Part shown: positions 39,411-52,020 of the stretch, in pieces | Layout: each line of letters opens with the position of its first letter | How positions within the stretch are numbered: position 1 is the first letter of the stretch | From: Salinivirgaceae bacterium | GTDB taxonomy: Bacteria > Bacteroidota > Bacteroidia > Bacteroidales > SZUA-534 | Direction of reading: 5' to 3' | Length of the DNA stretch: 64,000 bases | Assembly (NCBI GenBank): GCA_017527435.1 | Contig: JAFXQB010000011.1 | Span: 16,502 to 80,501, forward strand | The notes under the pieces: generated by a model | Told to the model about the DNA's origin: nothing | What the model saw: the letters and a program-made list of their open reading frames with translations, nothing else | Database searches by the model: none | Position numbers and translations under genes: made by a program

Positions 39411-39445
39411 TTATAGGATAAAATCGAGTTAAATCGGTTAGAAAA

Positions 39446-39970
39446 ATGAAAAAGATTCTGTTATCGGCGGTTATGGTTTTTGCAGGCACCCTGCTGTGGG
39501 CGCAGGCATTCACGGGTAATGCCGCTTTTGATTCTAAAATTAAAGCCGAAAGCCAAAAGTTGGACGACGGCGGTGTCGCATTAATCGACGAGGCAACAGA
39601 GACCGCCTTGCAGCGGGACGACGAGGAATTAGAAGTATCAACCAAATTATGGCCAAAGAATAAATTGACAGAGAATGTGGTGCTTCCGAAATTTTACAAT
39701 AAGGATGAGGTTGAGGCTTCGGTTTATATGACCACCAAACTTGAACTGACGTGGTTTTTTGCTTATGTTAGCAAGTGCGAGCGTGCCGATTTTGAGAAAT
39801 ATATTGAGGAGTTGAAGACCGCAGGTTGGAATAACGATGTTTCATTGTCGCGTGGTGAGAACGTTTGGGTGTTCGATGCCCGAAACGAATCGGGGTTGAA
39901 AATGCACCTTTCACACGACAAAAAAGACAATTGGGTAAAAGTCCAGATTAATTCGAGAGACGAAGAATGA
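39446..39970 (+). CDS. Hypothetical secreted protein inserted between atpB and atpE
   Basis: Sec signal MKKILLSAVMVFAGTLLWA; no ATP-synthase similarity recognised. Confidence 0.75.
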   Translation: MKKILLSAVMVFAGTLLWAQAFTGNAAFDSKIKAESQKLDDGGVALIDEATETALQRDDEELEVSTKLWPKNKLTENVVLPKFYNKDEVEASVYMTTKLELTWFFAYVSKCERADFEKYIEELKTAGWNNDVSLSRGENVWVFDARNESGLKMHLSHDKKDNWVKVQINSRDEE

Positions 39971-40006
39971 TAATTTGATTATACGTTTAATTAAAAATTA
40001 AATTTT

Positions 40007-40231
40007 ATGGAACCATTTTCAGTAGGTGCGGGTTTGGCAGTATTAGGTGCTGGTCTCGCAGTAATTGGTGCAGGTTTGGGTATCGGCCGTATCGGCGGTC
40101 AGGCAATGGACGCCATTGCCCGTCAGCCCGAGGCTGCTGGTCAGGTGCAAACCAATATGATTATCTCGGCAGCATTGGTTGAGGGTTGCGCACTGTTCGC
40201 AATCGTTGTATCACTGCTTGCTTCGTTGTAA
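40007..40231 (+). CDS. atpE: F0F1 ATP synthase subunit c
   Basis: GAGLGIG, ARQPEA, LVEG. Confidence 0.96.
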   Translation: MEPFSVGAGLAVLGAGLAVIGAGLGIGRIGGQAMDAIARQPEAAGQVQTNMIISAALVEGCALFAIVVSLLASL

Positions 40232-40253
40232 TCTGCAAACACCAAAAACAACT

Positions 40254-40289
40254 AAATGCCACTTGCAGCGATTGGCTGCAAGGGCATTT
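40254..40289 (+). promoter_or_regulatory. Stem-loop between atpE and atpF
   Basis: aaatgcc-a-cttgcagc-gattg-gctgcaag-ggcattt. Confidence 0.6.
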
Positions 40290-40316
40290 TAAAAAGGAAA
40301 CTAAAAACGAAACAAT

Positions 40317-40811
40317 ATGGATTTAGTAACCCCACAAATCGGATTGCTTTTCTGGACCGTCCTAATCTTCCTGGTGCTGGTCTTCCTGCTTGCGAAATTC
40401 GCATGGAAGCCAATCCTGAAAATGGTTGAGGAGCGGACAAAGAACATTGAGGACGCGCTCAACTCGGCCGAGAACGCCAAAAAGGAAATGGCTGGTCTGA
40501 AGGCTGAAAACGAGCAGATTATGAAAGAAGCGCGCGCCGAACGCGACAAAATCGTGCGCGAGGCCCGCGAAATGAAGGACAAGATTATCGAGGAGTCGAA
40601 AGAGACGGCCAAGGCCGAAGCCGACAAGATTCTGGCACAGGCCCGCAAACTCATCGACGACGAGAAGCGCGCCGCAATGAACGAGTTGAAGGACCAAGTG
40701 GCTTCGCTCTCAATTGAGATTGCCGAGAAAATCCTGACAAAGGAACTTTCCGACAAGAAGAAACAGGCCGAACTCATCGACGACATTCTGCAACAATCAA
40801 ACCTGAACTGA
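40317..40811 (+). CDS. atpF: F0F1 ATP synthase subunit b
   Basis: LLFW, KFAWKPI, long coiled coil. Confidence 0.96.
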   Translation: MDLVTPQIGLLFWTVLIFLVLVFLLAKFAWKPILKMVEERTKNIEDALNSAENAKKEMAGLKAENEQIMKEARAERDKIVREAREMKDKIIEESKETAKAEADKILAQARKLIDDEKRAAMNELKDQVASLSIEIAEKILTKELSDKKKQAELIDDILQQSNLN

Positions 40812-40812
40812 T

Positions 40813-41358
40813 ATGGACCAAAGCAGAATAGCCGTCAGATACGCCAAGGCACTCTTTGAACTGGCACAGGAGAAGAAACTGGTGGAGCGCGTGAAAGCCG
40901 ACACCGACCTTGTGGCTCAAGTGTGCGCCCTGCCCGAAATGGTGCAACTGGCCGAAAGCCCCGTTATCAAGCCGTCGGCAAAGGCAAAGGCGTTCGACAA
41001 GATTTTCAGCGGCAAGGTTGACGCGCTGACACTCGCATTTCTGCAAATGGTGGTGGCTAACCGCCGCGAGCGCTACATTGGCGCAATGTGCCGCAATTTT
41101 GCGAGCCGATTCTACGATTACGCCAACATCCGCCAAGTGCACATCACCACGGCCGCGCCCATCGACGAAAAGACGACCGAACGCCTGCGGAAGGCCATTG
41201 CCGAAATGTGCAAGTCGGAGGTGGAAATGACAGCGTCGGAGGACCCGAGCCTGATTGGCGGTTTCGTGCTTCGCATCGGCGACCAACAGTTGGACGCAAG
41301 CGTCAGTTCGAAACTGAACAACCTGAAACAGAAATTTACTCAAACATCGATTAATTAG
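40813..41358 (+). CDS. atpH: F0F1 ATP synthase subunit delta
   Basis: [27 protein letters not shown]. Confidence 0.96.
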   Translation: MDQSRIAVRYAKALFELAQEKKLVERVKADTDLVAQVCALPEMVQLAESPVIKPSAKAKAFDKIFSGKVDALTLAFLQMVVANRRERYIGAMCRNFASRFYDYANIRQVHITTAAPIDEKTTERLRKAIAEMCKSEVEMTASEDPSLIGGFVLRIGDQQLDASVSSKLNNLKQKFTQTSIN

Positions 41359-41375
41359 ATAAAAACCAAAATATT

Positions 41376-42980
41376 ATGGCAGATATCAAACCATCGGAAA
41401 TATCATCGGTTCTGAAGCAGCAACTTGAGGGCTTCAAATCGGCAAACGAATTTGACGAGGTGGGCACCGTGCTGACCATCGGCGACGGCATCGCCCGCAT
41501 CTACGGGCTGTCGAACGCACAGTCGAACGAACTTATCGAGTTCGAGAACGGCGTGAAGGGCATTGTGCAGAACCTTGAGGAGGACAACGTGGGCGCCGTT
41601 TTGCTGGGCCCGTCGGAGGGAATCAAGGAGGGCGACACCGTGAAGCGCACCCGCCGCATCGCGTCTATCAACGTGGGCGAGGGGCTGCTGGGCCGCATCA
41701 TCAACACCATTGGCGAGCCTATCGACGGCAAGGGCCCCATCACTGGCAAACTCTACGAAATGCCGCTGGAGCGCAAGGCGCCTGGCGTTCTGTTCCGTCA
41801 GCCTGTGAAAGAGCCGCTGCAGACGGGCCTGAAACCTGTTGACGCTATGACGCCAATCGGCCGCGGACAGCGCGAACTTATCATCGGCGACCGTCAGACA
41901 GGAAAAACGGCCATCGCCATCGACACCATCATCAACCAAAAGAGTTTCTACGACGCTGGAAAACCCGTTTACTGCATCTACGTGGCAATCGGGCAGAAGG
42001 GCAGCACCGTGGCCAACATCGCCAAAACGCTTGAGCGTCACGGCGCAATGGCCTATACAATAATTGTTTCGGCAACGGCTTCGGACCCTGCCGCAATGCA
42101 GTTCAACGCACCGTTTGCGGGCGCCGCCATTGGCGAGTTCTTCCGCGACACTGGCCGTCCTGCGCTGGTTGTGTACGACGACCTTTCGAAACAGGCCGTG
42201 TCGTATCGTGAGGTGTCGCTGCTGCTTCGTCGTCCGCCTGGCCGCGAGGCTTACCCTGGCGACGTCTTCTATCTGCACAGCCGTCTGCTGGAGCGTGCCG
42301 CGAAAATCATTGAGAGCGACGAGGTTGCGCGCCAAATGAACGACCTTCCGCCTGTGCTGAAGGACGCCAAGGACGAGAACGGCGAGCCGCTTGTGAAGGG
42401 TGGAGGCTCACTCACCGCGCTGCCAATCATTGAGACGCAGGCAGGCGACGTTTCGGCCTACATCCCGACAAACGTTATCTCAATCACCGACGGACAGATT
42501 TACCTTGAGTCGGACCTGTTCAACTCGGGCATCCGCCCTGCCATCAACGTGGGTATCTCGGTATCGCGTGTGGGTGGTAACGCGCAGATTAAGAGTATGA
42601 AGAAGGTGGCTGGTACGCTGAAAATCGACCAAGCGCAGTTCCGTGAGTTGGAGGCGTTCTCGAAATTCGGCTCTGACCTTGACGCCGCCACAAAGGCCGT
42701 GCTCGACAAGGGCCGCAAGAACGTTGAGATTCTGAAGCAGGGACAGTACGCCCCAATGCCCGTGGAGAAGCAGATTGCCATCATCTACTGCGGCGTGAAG
42801 GGCTTGCTTGCCGACGTACCAATCAACAAAGTGCGCGATTTTGAGGCCGATTTCCTTGAGACAATGGAACTGAAGCACCGCGACACGCTTGACGAACTGA
42901 AGGCGGGCACATTGACCGAGAACGCTGAAAACGTTATAAAAGAGACAGTTAAAGAAGTATCGGCTAAATACGCAAACTAA
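41376..42980 (+). CDS. atpA: F0F1 ATP synthase subunit alpha
   Basis: [29 protein letters not shown]. Confidence 0.98.
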   Translation: MADIKPSEISSVLKQQLEGFKSANEFDEVGTVLTIGDGIARIYGLSNAQSNELIEFENGVKGIVQNLEEDNVGAVLLGPSEGIKEGDTVKRTRRIASINVGEGLLGRIINTIGEPIDGKGPITGKLYEMPLERKAPGVLFRQPVKEPLQTGLKPVDAMTPIGRGQRELIIGDRQTGKTAIAIDTIINQKSFYDAGKPVYCIYVAIGQKGSTVANIAKTLERHGAMAYTIIVSATASDPAAMQFNAPFAGAAIGEFFRDTGRPALVVYDDLSKQAVSYREVSLLLRRPPGREAYPGDVFYLHSRLLERAAKIIESDEVARQMNDLPPVLKDAKDENGEPLVKGGGSLTALPIIETQAGDVSAYIPTNVISITDGQIYLESDLFNSGIRPAINVGISVSRVGGNAQIKSMKKVAGTLKIDQAQFRELEAFSKFGSDLDAATKAVLDKGRKNVEILKQGQYAPMPVEKQIAIIYCGVKGLLADVPINKVRDFEADFLETMELKHRDTLDELKAGTLTENAENVIKETVKEVSAKYAN

Positions 42981-42992
42981 AAGTAAAACGCT

Positions 42993-43868
42993 ATGGCAAA
43001 CCTGAAGGAAATCAGGCAAAGAATTGCTTCGGTGCAGACCACGCGGCAGGTCACAAGTGCTATGAAACTTGTGTCGGCGGCCAAACTGCGCAAGGCTCAA
43101 GACGCCGTTATCAAACTTCGGCCTTTTGCCAACAAACTGGCCGAAATACTGGCGAACCTGTCGGAGACGCTGAACGAGTCGGGTGAGTGCGCCTTCACCA
43201 AAGGCCACGGCGACGGCACCCGCCTGCTGGTGGTTGCCATCAACTCGAACCGCGGCTTGTGCGGCGCGTTCAACGCGAATGTGAACAAGGCTATCAATCA
43301 GGTGATTGCAGAGCAACGGGCGCAGGGACTCACCAACGCCGACGTGATTGCAATCGGCAAGAACGCCTTTGAGTTCGCCAAACGCAGCAAACTTGAGGTG
43401 ACGGAGTTCAACGAGTTGTACTCGACACTCGACTTTGCCCACGCCCTGCCCATCATCGACCAAATAATGGGCGACTTTGCCGCAGGCAAGTACGACAAGG
43501 TGGTGCTGGTTTACAACTTCTTCAAGAACGCATCGACGCAGGTGGTGACCACCGAGCAATTGCTGCCGATTGTGCCCGCAGCCGAGGCTGGAGGCAGAAA
43601 CACGGCCACAAACTACATTTTCGAGCCGTCGGAGGAGAGCCTGGTGGAGAAGATTCTGCCAATGTCGCTGCGAATGCAGTTCTACAAGGCCGTACTCAAC
43701 TCGTACGCCGCAGAGCACGCCGCGCGAATGACAGCAATGCACAAGGCCACCGACAACGCAACCGAACTGCTGCGCACACTCAACCTGCAGTACAACAAGG
43801 CGCGTCAGGCGGCCATCACCAACGAGATTACTGAAATTGTGGGCGGCGCCGACGCTCTTAAAGATTAA
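42993..43868 (+). CDS. atpG: F0F1 ATP synthase subunit gamma
   Basis: TSAMKLVSAAKL, RGLCGAFN, YNKARQAAITNEI. Confidence 0.98.
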   Translation: MANLKEIRQRIASVQTTRQVTSAMKLVSAAKLRKAQDAVIKLRPFANKLAEILANLSETLNESGECAFTKGHGDGTRLLVVAINSNRGLCGAFNANVNKAINQVIAEQRAQGLTNADVIAIGKNAFEFAKRSKLEVTEFNELYSTLDFAHALPIIDQIMGDFAAGKYDKVVLVYNFFKNASTQVVTTEQLLPIVPAAEAGGRNTATNYIFEPSEESLVEKILPMSLRMQFYKAVLNSYAAEHAARMTAMHKATDNATELLRTLNLQYNKARQAAITNEITEIVGGADALKD

Positions 43869-43878
43869 TTGACAGAGA

Positions 43879-44823
43879 ATGAATAAGATATTAGTGACAG
43901 GAGGAGCGGGATTCATCGGGAGCGCGTTGGCTGAAAAGTTGATTAGCAACCCCGACAACTATGTTGTGATTGTCGATAATCTTTCGACAGGCAACATCGG
44001 CAAACTGCCCAACCTGCCAAAAACCAACTGGAGGTTCATCAAGTGCGACGTGAACGACTACACGGAGATTGCACCCGTTATGACAACCTATCAGTTCGAC
44101 TATGTGTTCCACTTTGCAGCCGTGGTGGGCGTTCTGCGCACGCAGCAATACCCCGTGAGCGTGCTGCGCGACATCGACGGAATCAAGAACGTGCTGTCGC
44201 TCTCGAAGAACACAACCGTGAAGAGGGTGTTTTTCTCATCGTCGTCGGAGATTTACGGCGACCCTGTGGAAATGCCGCAGAACGTTTACACAACGCCGCT
44301 CAACAGCCGTCTGCCCTACGCGGTGGTGAAGAACATCGGCGAGGCCTTCCTGCGCTCTTACAAACAGGAGTACGACCTTGACTACACCATTTTCCGATTC
44401 TTCAACACCTACGGGCCCAAGCAGAGCCGCGATTTTGTCATCAGCAAGTTTATGCTTGCCGCGCTCAACAACCGCGACATCACCATCTACGGCGACGGCC
44501 TGCAGACACGCACCTTCTGCTACATCGACGATAACATCGACACCTGTCTGACAGCCTTTTACGAGAACAAGGTGGTGAACGGGGTGATAAACATCGGCGG
44601 AAACCGCGAGGTGACAATCAAGGAGTTGGCGGAGATAATCATCCGCGAGACGGGCTCGAAATCGAAAATTGTGCACGTTGACCCGCTCAAAGAGGGCGAT
44701 ATGCGCCGCCGCCAACCCGACAACTCGGATATGAAGGCGCTGCTCAACCGTCCGCTCATCAAGGTTGACGAGGGCATACGCAAGATAATTGAAAAAGGAC
44801 TTTTTGAACTGAACATTCAATAA
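43879..44823 (+). CDS. NAD-dependent epimerase/dehydratase (extended SDR)
   Basis: TGGAGFIG, SSSEIYG, YAVVK (YxxxK), RFFNTYGP, GDGLQTRTF. Confidence 0.92.
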   Translation: MNKILVTGGAGFIGSALAEKLISNPDNYVVIVDNLSTGNIGKLPNLPKTNWRFIKCDVNDYTEIAPVMTTYQFDYVFHFAAVVGVLRTQQYPVSVLRDIDGIKNVLSLSKNTTVKRVFFSSSSEIYGDPVEMPQNVYTTPLNSRLPYAVVKNIGEAFLRSYKQEYDLDYTIFRFFNTYGPKQSRDFVISKFMLAALNNRDITIYGDGLQTRTFCYIDDNIDTCLTAFYENKVVNGVINIGGNREVTIKELAEIIIRETGSKSKIVHVDPLKEGDMRRRQPDNSDMKALLNRPLIKVDEGIRKIIEKGLFELNIQ

Positions 44824-45800
44824 TGGAAAGCACGGCCAACATATTGAAAACCATTGAGCAGCGCATTGCCGCCCTGCCTTTGCAGCGCGAGCCGCAGGGG
44901 CTTTACGAGCCGATTGTGTACTCAATGGGCAACGGCGGAAAACGCATCCGTCCGCTGCTGACTGTGCTGGCCTGCCAAATGTTTGATACAGACAAAGTTG
45001 CTGACGCATACACGCCCGCCATTGCGTGGGAAATGTTCCACAACTTCACGCTGCTGCACGACGACGTTATGGACCGCGCGCCCATCCGTCGCGGAAAGCC
45101 CACGGTGCCCGCCAAATACGGCGACAACACAGCCATTCTGTCGGGCGACACAATGCTGGTTGAGGCGTTCAGCATTCTGCATCAGACCAAGAGCGACAGT
45201 TTCAGCAAGATAGCCGAACTGTTCTGCCGCACGGCGCAGGAGGTTTGCGAGGGGCAAATGTACGATATGGAGTTTGAAGAGCGGGCTGATATTACTGAAA
45301 ATGAGTACATTGAAATGATAAGGCTGAAGACGTCGGTGCTGATTGGCGCCTGCCTGAAAACGGGCGCGCTAATGGGCGGCGCATCGGACGACGACGCGCA
45401 ACTGTTGTACGACTTCGGCATCAACCTGGGTCTGGCGTTCCAACTGCGCGACGACCTGCTCGACACCTTCGGCAACCCCGAAACGTTTGGCAAGCGCATT
45501 GGCGGCGACATTGTGTGCGGCAAGAAAACCTATCTGCTAATCAATGCGTTGAACGCGGCATCGGCGCAAGACCGAGCCACTATGAACGACTGGCTGGGGC
45601 GCACGGAGTTTGACGAGGAGGCGAAAATTGAGGCCATCAGGGCAATGTATGTGAAGTACGGCATCGACCGAATGAGTGAGAAAAAAATTGAGGAATACGA
45701 TAACAAGGCAACGCAGATTTTGGATAAATTGAGTGCCCGCGGACTGGAGGTGAGCCCGCTGCGCGAATTGAGCCAAAAACTGCTGAACCGCGACAAATAG
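44823..45800 (+). CDS. Polyprenyl diphosphate synthase (IspA/GGPP-type)
   Basis: GGKRIRP, LHDDVMD...RRG, GQMYD, FQLRDDLLD. Confidence 0.93.
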   Translation: MESTANILKTIEQRIAALPLQREPQGLYEPIVYSMGNGGKRIRPLLTVLACQMFDTDKVADAYTPAIAWEMFHNFTLLHDDVMDRAPIRRGKPTVPAKYGDNTAILSGDTMLVEAFSILHQTKSDSFSKIAELFCRTAQEVCEGQMYDMEFEERADITENEYIEMIRLKTSVLIGACLKTGALMGGASDDDAQLLYDFGINLGLAFQLRDDLLDTFGNPETFGKRIGGDIVCGKKTYLLINALNAASAQDRATMNDWLGRTEFDEEAKIEAIRAMYVKYGIDRMSEKKIEEYDNKATQILDKLSARGLEVSPLRELSQKLLNRDK

Positions 45801-45817
45801 AAAAGTGTAACTATTAA

Positions 45818-47338
<1,521 letters not shown>

Positions 47339-47381
47339 TTATTGAGGCAATAGGCATTAGTGATTAGGATTTAGGAGTGTT

Positions 47382-47702
47382 ATGGTGGTTTTGGTTGTTA
47401 TAGCGGTAGTAATGATTGCTTTGGGAGTTTTGCTTCTTAAGGGCAAAGCCGATAGGTTTATTGCTGGTTATAACACTGCAAGCGAAGAAGAACGCAAACA
47501 AGTAAACATCAAGCGGTTGCGTTTGGTGGTGGCCTTATGCCTTTGGGCAACAACGGCAGTTTGCGTTTTGGTTCTTCCTAACCTTCCAAAGCACGAAAAG
47601 CCTGGAAGTGAAGCGTTTATCGTAATGGGAATAATTTTCGCAATAGCCATTGTGACAGTTATTCTGGCAAATACTTGGTGCAAGAAGAAAGCGGAAGATT
47701 AA
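47382..47702 (+). CDS. DUF3784-like small membrane protein
   Basis: GKADRFIAGYNTASEEER motif; three TM helices. Confidence 0.8.
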   Translation: MVVLVVIAVVMIALGVLLLKGKADRFIAGYNTASEEERKQVNIKRLRLVVALCLWATTAVCVLVLPNLPKHEKPGSEAFIVMGIIFAIAIVTVILANTWCKKKAED

Positions 47703-47705
47703 ACA

Positions 47706-47733
47706 GTAGAGACGTGGCGCGCCGCGTCTCTAC
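47706..47733. repeat. GTAG...CTAC REP palindrome
   Basis: gtagagacg-tggcgcgccg-cgtctctac. Confidence 0.8.
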
Positions 47734-47756
47734 GATAGGCATAAAAACAGAAGGTT

Positions 47757-48044
47757 ATGATTTTTGAAATCGTATTTGGGATAATTTGTTTTGTTTGGGG
47801 CGTTGTCATTCTGACTGGCAAGGTCGATAAATGGTTGATTTATGGTGGCAAAAAACAAATGAACGAAAAGCAATTCCGATTAATAACGGGTATTGGAAAT
47901 TTATTGGGTGGTTCTTTGTTTTTTCTTGGAGGCTGCTTTGGTTGCGACTCAATCATTTTAGTTCTGCTTGCAATATTGTCTATTGTAATAATTACTTTAC
48001 AAAATACTTGGTGCAGAAAAATGCCTGAAAACCAAACAGCGTAG
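47757..48044 (+). CDS. Small membrane protein, divergent paralog of the upstream DUF3784-like gene
   Basis: Same GK.D..I pattern and NTWC ending; AT-rich. Confidence 0.7.
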   Translation: MIFEIVFGIICFVWGVVILTGKVDKWLIYGGKKQMNEKQFRLITGIGNLLGGSLFFLGGCFGCDSIILVLLAILSIVIITLQNTWCRKMPENQTA

Positions 48045-48104
48045 TGCTAAACCTTCTAAACTTCTCAATAGCGAAGCGACTCAACTTTTAACTCTAAACT
48101 TTTA
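48034..48104. repeat. Nonamer/heptamer array with GCGAAGC-type units
   Basis: aaacagcgtagtg-ctaaacctt-ctaaactt-ctcaatagcgaagcga-ctcaact-tttaact-ctaaact. Supplies the upstream gene's TAG. Confidence 0.72.
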
Positions 48105-48109
48105 AAGAA

Positions 48110-48355
48110 ATGATTGCAGAAATAGTAACACCCGACAAGACGGTTTATAGCGGCAGCGTGACGCTGGTAAGCGTACCTGGCGTTATGGGCGCGTTTGAGA
48201 TACTGAACAACCACGCCCCGATAGTTTCGGCTTTGGGCAAAGGTCAGATACGGATTGTTGAGGACAACGCCGACCACAGCGAGCAACTGTTCGAGGTGGA
48301 AAGCGGCATTGTCGAGGTTAAAAGCAATAAGGTTAACGTGCTGATTGAGAAATAA
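48110..48355 (+). CDS. atpC: F0F1 ATP synthase subunit epsilon (short form)
   Basis: EIVTPD, PGVMGAFEILNNHAPIVS; lacks the C-terminal helical hairpin. Confidence 0.95.
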   Translation: MIAEIVTPDKTVYSGSVTLVSVPGVMGAFEILNNHAPIVSALGKGQIRIVEDNADHSEQLFEVESGIVEVKSNKVNVLIEK

Positions 48356-48374
48356 CCGTCAACGCTGAATAGGT

Positions 48375-48409
48375 AAAAAAGCCGCTTCGAAAGAGAGCGG
48401 CTTTTTTTT
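48375..48409. terminator. Bidirectional-type terminator after atpC
   Basis: aaaaaagccgct-tcgaaagag-agcggc-tttttttt. Confidence 0.8.
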
Positions 48410-48494
48410 GTGGGTGGAAAACAAAACCAGGCTGTCCAAAATTTTGAACAGCCTGATTTGTGTGTAGAAGTTGGACAAGTCCTAACTATCTGCA

Positions 48495-49104
48495 TTAGAA
48501 GAACTTGACAATCTCGTCGAGATTCTTGTGCTGCGGCTGGCGGGGCTCACCACTGCGGTAACCCAACGAGATTACGGCTGTAATGGTCTCGCTTTCAGGA
48601 ATCCCGAACAGACGGCGCAGAGCATCGGCATCGCGCATACCCATAATCAACGTGTCGAACCCCATTGCGCGGGCCTTCAGAACAAGGTAGGCATTAGCCA
48701 GGCCGTTGTCGTAGGCACCCCATTGGTCGCCCAGTTCGTTGGCTGGATTTTCACGGAAGAAACCCGATTTGCCGCGCTCGAAAGTCGAGATAATCAGCAC
48801 AGGCGCACCTTCAACATTGCGGCGGTTGCCACCGATGTAGTTCTTCACGGAGTCAATCATTGCGGCGCTTTGTGCCACATAGTATTTTGTGGGCTGCTGG
48901 TTTGCACCACGATGGTGCTTCCTGTGCGCTTAAAAGCAGTTCGCGCACCTCAGCCTCGCTGATGGTTTTGGTGGCATCGTAGCTGCGCACGCTGCGGCGT
49001 GTTTTAATCACATCGTCGAACGACACGCCGTTTGAAGCCATTTGCCCGTTGTTGCAACCGACCAGTGCGGCCGCCAATGCAACTGTAAATAAAATCTTAC
49101 GCAT
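48495..49104 (-). pseudogene. Nitroreductase-family lipoprotein gene split by a +1 frameshift
   Basis: ORFs 48853-49104 (lipobox LVGC, RRSVRSY, APSW) and 48495-48878. Deleting base 48906 gives continuous APSWANQQPTKYYVAQSAAM. Confidence 0.8.
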
Positions 49105-49416
49105 AAAAATCTGATGGACTTCTAGTTAATAATGCCGAATGCTGTTTTGCCGTTTCTGCGAAGTCCGAAACAAAACTGGCAAGCAACAACGCAATAAAAA
49201 TAACCACAAATTATGCAAAACCGATTGATTTTGGACGATTTCCGATAGCCGATTGACGATTATTTTAGGGAAATAGCAGAATTTCATCCAAACGCGAACG
49301 GAAAACAGAGATGGTGTGGCTGACAATTTGTTAACAACCATTTAAAAAATCCGCCTTGCCACAAAAGCCATTTCGCGTGCGATTGGTTAGTTTTGCTTGT
49401 TATAAAAATCACTGAA

Positions 49417-52011
49417 ATGGGCAAAGACATTTTCGACACGCCGCTGATGAGGCAGTACAGTCAGATTAAGGCCAAGCACCCCGATGCCATTCTGCTTTTC
49501 CGCGTGGGCGATTTCTACGAGACATATTGCGAAGATGCTGTGAAGGCGGCAAAGATTCTGAACATTACGCTCACCAAGAAATCGAGTTCGACGACGCCCA
49601 TTGATATGGCTGGATTCCCGTATCACGCCATCGACACCTACCTGCCGAAACTGGTGAGGGCGGGGCAGAGGGTGGCCATCTGCGAGCAACTTGAGGACCC
49701 GAAACTCTGCAAAACGCTTGTGAAACGCGGTGTTACTGAATTGGTTACGCCTGGTGTATCGACAAACGACAATATACTTGAGAACCGCGAGAACAATTTC
49801 CTGGCATCGGTTTACGTCGAAAAAAAGATGGCGGGCATTGCGTTTCTCGACATCTCAACTGGCGAGTTTTATGTGGCCGAAGGCAGCGTTGAGTACGCTA
49901 ACAAACTGATACAGAGTTTCCGACCGAAAGAAATCATCTACAAGCGCGGCACCAAGGAGCAGTTTCAGGAACTGTTCGGGATGGGGTTCTACATCTACGC
50001 CATCGACGAGTGGGTGTTCTCGGAGCAGGCTGCAACCGACCGTCTGCTCAAGCATTTTCAGACGCAGTCGCTCAAAGGGTTCGGCATCGACCGACAGATT
50101 TTGGGCACAATTGCCGCTGGTTCAATACTTTACTATCTCGACATCACCCAACACTCGCAAATTGGCAACATCACGGGAATCCGCCGCATTGCCGAGGACG
50201 AGTACGTGTGGATTGACCGTTTCACGTTTCGTAACCTTGAGATTTTCAGTCCGTTGAACGAAGACGGCCACAGCCTTATCGACATCATCGACAACACGCT
50301 GACGCCGATGGGCTCGCGAATGCTGAAACGCTGGGTGTCGCTGCCGCTGAAGAATGTGACGGCCATCAACGAACGTCAGCAGATTGTGACTTATTTTATT
50401 GATAATGTTGAGGCTAAACAAACTGTTGAGGGCGAACTGAAGAACGTTGGCGACCTTGAACGACTCATCAGTAAGGTGACGTTCGGGCGCATCAACCCGC
50501 GCGAGATGCTGGCGCTGAAGAACGCTCTGAAGGCCATCGGACCTGTGAAAAATGTGTGCGAGCAGTCGGGTGTGGCGGCGCTTCAGGCTATTGGAGAGCA
50601 GTTAAATCCTTGTGCGTCAATCTGTCAGCGTATTGAAAAAGAGATTCAATCGGACCCGCCTGTGCAGATTGCCAAGGGCGGTGTGATAAACGAAGGCGTG
50701 AGTGCCGAACTCGACGAGCTGCGCCACATCGCCTATTCGGGCAAAGACTATCTGATTGAACTTCAGCAAAAAGAGAGCGAAAGAACCGAGATTCCATCGC
50801 TCAAAATCAGTTTCAACAACGTATTCGGCTACTACATTGAGGTGCGCAACACCTACAAAGACCGCGTGCCCGAGGAGTGGATTCGCAAGCAGACGCTGGT
50901 GAGCGCCGAGCGCTACATCACGCCCGAGCTGAAGGAGTACGAGGAGAAGATTCTGGGCGCCGAGGAAAAGATTCTGGCGCTTGAGCAGAAGATTTACAGC
51001 GATTTGGTGTTTGCCGTGTCGGAGTTTGTGTCGGCTATTCAGTTGGACGCTAGCCTGTTATCGAAAATCGACTGCCTGCTGTCGTTTGCAAGCACGGCGC
51101 AGATTCGAAACTACAGCCGCCCCGATGTTGACGAAAGCCGCACGTTTGAAATCCGCAACGGCCGCCACCCCGTGATTGAGACGCAGATGCAGCCTGGCGA
51201 GGAATACGTGGCCAACGATGTTGTGCTGAACGACGACGACCAACAGATTATCATCATCACGGGCCCGAATATGGCGGGAAAATCGGCGCTGCTACGGCAG
51301 ACAGCTCTGATTGTGATTCTGGCGCAGATTGGCTCGTATGTGCCCGCGCAGTCGGCGCACATCGGCTTCATCGACCGCATTTTCACCCGCGTGGGCGCGT
51401 CGGACAACATTTCGGTGGGCGAATCGACCTTTATGGTTGAGATGAACGAGGCCGCGAGCATCCTGAACAACATCAGCGAGCGCAGCCTGATTCTGCTCGA
51501 TGAGTTGGGCCGCGGCACATCAACCTACGACGGCATCAGCATTGCGTGGGCCATTGTTGAGTACATCCACGACCACCCGAAATATCGCGCCAAGACGCTG
51601 TTTGCCACTCATTATCACGAACTTAACGAGATGGAAAAGACGTTTGAGCGGGTGAAGAACTACAACGTCTCGGTGCGCGAGGTTGAGAAGAAAGTGCTGT
51701 TTTTGAGGAAGTTGGTTCCTGGCGGCAGCAACCACAGTTTCGGTATCCACGTGGCACGGATGGCAGGAATGCCAAAGAGCGTGGTGGCCCGCGCCGAAAA
51801 CATTTTGCGCGACCTTGAGAAATCGCGCCGCAATGTCGAGACCGATGTCAAGCCACAGAGTCAGTCGGGTATTCAGTTGAGTTTCTTTCAGTTGGAAGAC
51901 CCTGTGCTCAAAGACATCCGCGACCAAATAAAAAATCTCGACATCGACAATCTTACGCCTATTGAAGCGTTGAATAAACTGAATGATATTAAGCGGATTA
52001 CGGGACTTTGA
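49417..52011 (+). CDS. mutS: DNA mismatch repair protein MutS
   Basis: [47 protein letters not shown]. Start set to the ATG at 49417. Confidence 0.98.
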   Translation: MGKDIFDTPLMRQYSQIKAKHPDAILLFRVGDFYETYCEDAVKAAKILNITLTKKSSSTTPIDMAGFPYHAIDTYLPKLVRAGQRVAICEQLEDPKLCKTLVKRGVTELVTPGVSTNDNILENRENNFLASVYVEKKMAGIAFLDISTGEFYVAEGSVEYANKLIQSFRPKEIIYKRGTKEQFQELFGMGFYIYAIDEWVFSEQAATDRLLKHFQTQSLKGFGIDRQILGTIAAGSILYYLDITQHSQIGNITGIRRIAEDEYVWIDRFTFRNLEIFSPLNEDGHSLIDIIDNTLTPMGSRMLKRWVSLPLKNVTAINERQQIVTYFIDNVEAKQTVEGELKNVGDLERLISKVTFGRINPREMLALKNALKAIGPVKNVCEQSGVAALQAIGEQLNPCASICQRIEKEIQSDPPVQIAKGGVINEGVSAELDELRHIAYSGKDYLIELQQKESERTEIPSLKISFNNVFGYYIEVRNTYKDRVPEEWIRKQTLVSAERYITPELKEYEEKILGAEEKILALEQKIYSDLVFAVSEFVSAIQLDASLLSKIDCLLSFASTAQIRNYSRPDVDESRTFEIRNGRHPVIETQMQPGEEYVANDVVLNDDDQQIIIITGPNMAGKSALLRQTALIVILAQIGSYVPAQSAHIGFIDRIFTRVGASDNISVGESTFMVEMNEAASILNNISERSLILLDELGRGTSTYDGISIAWAIVEYIHDHPKYRAKTLFATHYHELNEMEKTFERVKNYNVSVREVEKKVLFLRKLVPGGSNHSFGIHVARMAGMPKSVVARAENILRDLEKSRRNVETDVKPQSQSGIQLSFFQLEDPVLKDIRDQIKNLDIDNLTPIEALNKLNDIKRITGL

Positions 52012-52020
52012 TAGGTGGAA

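Noticed and set aside
33897-43958. Long antisense ORFs (33897-34943, 35913-37271, 41403-42335, 42480-43958)
   Set aside because: They mirror conserved genes with strong codon bias and show no recognisable motifs; this is a typical shadow-frame artefact.
47340-48104. Integron cassette array
   Set aside because: No attC-type RYYYAAC...GTTRRRY boxes recognised and no integron integrase in the window.
48853-48920. Programmed ribosomal frameshift in the nitroreductase
   Set aside because: No slippery heptamer or homopolymer at the break; a single-base insertion explains it.
49126-49341. 71-aa minus-strand ORF, or an ncRNA, in the nitroreductase-mutS gap
   Set aside because: No recognisable motif or convincing structure; likely a divergent promoter region (TAGTTTTG at 49388).
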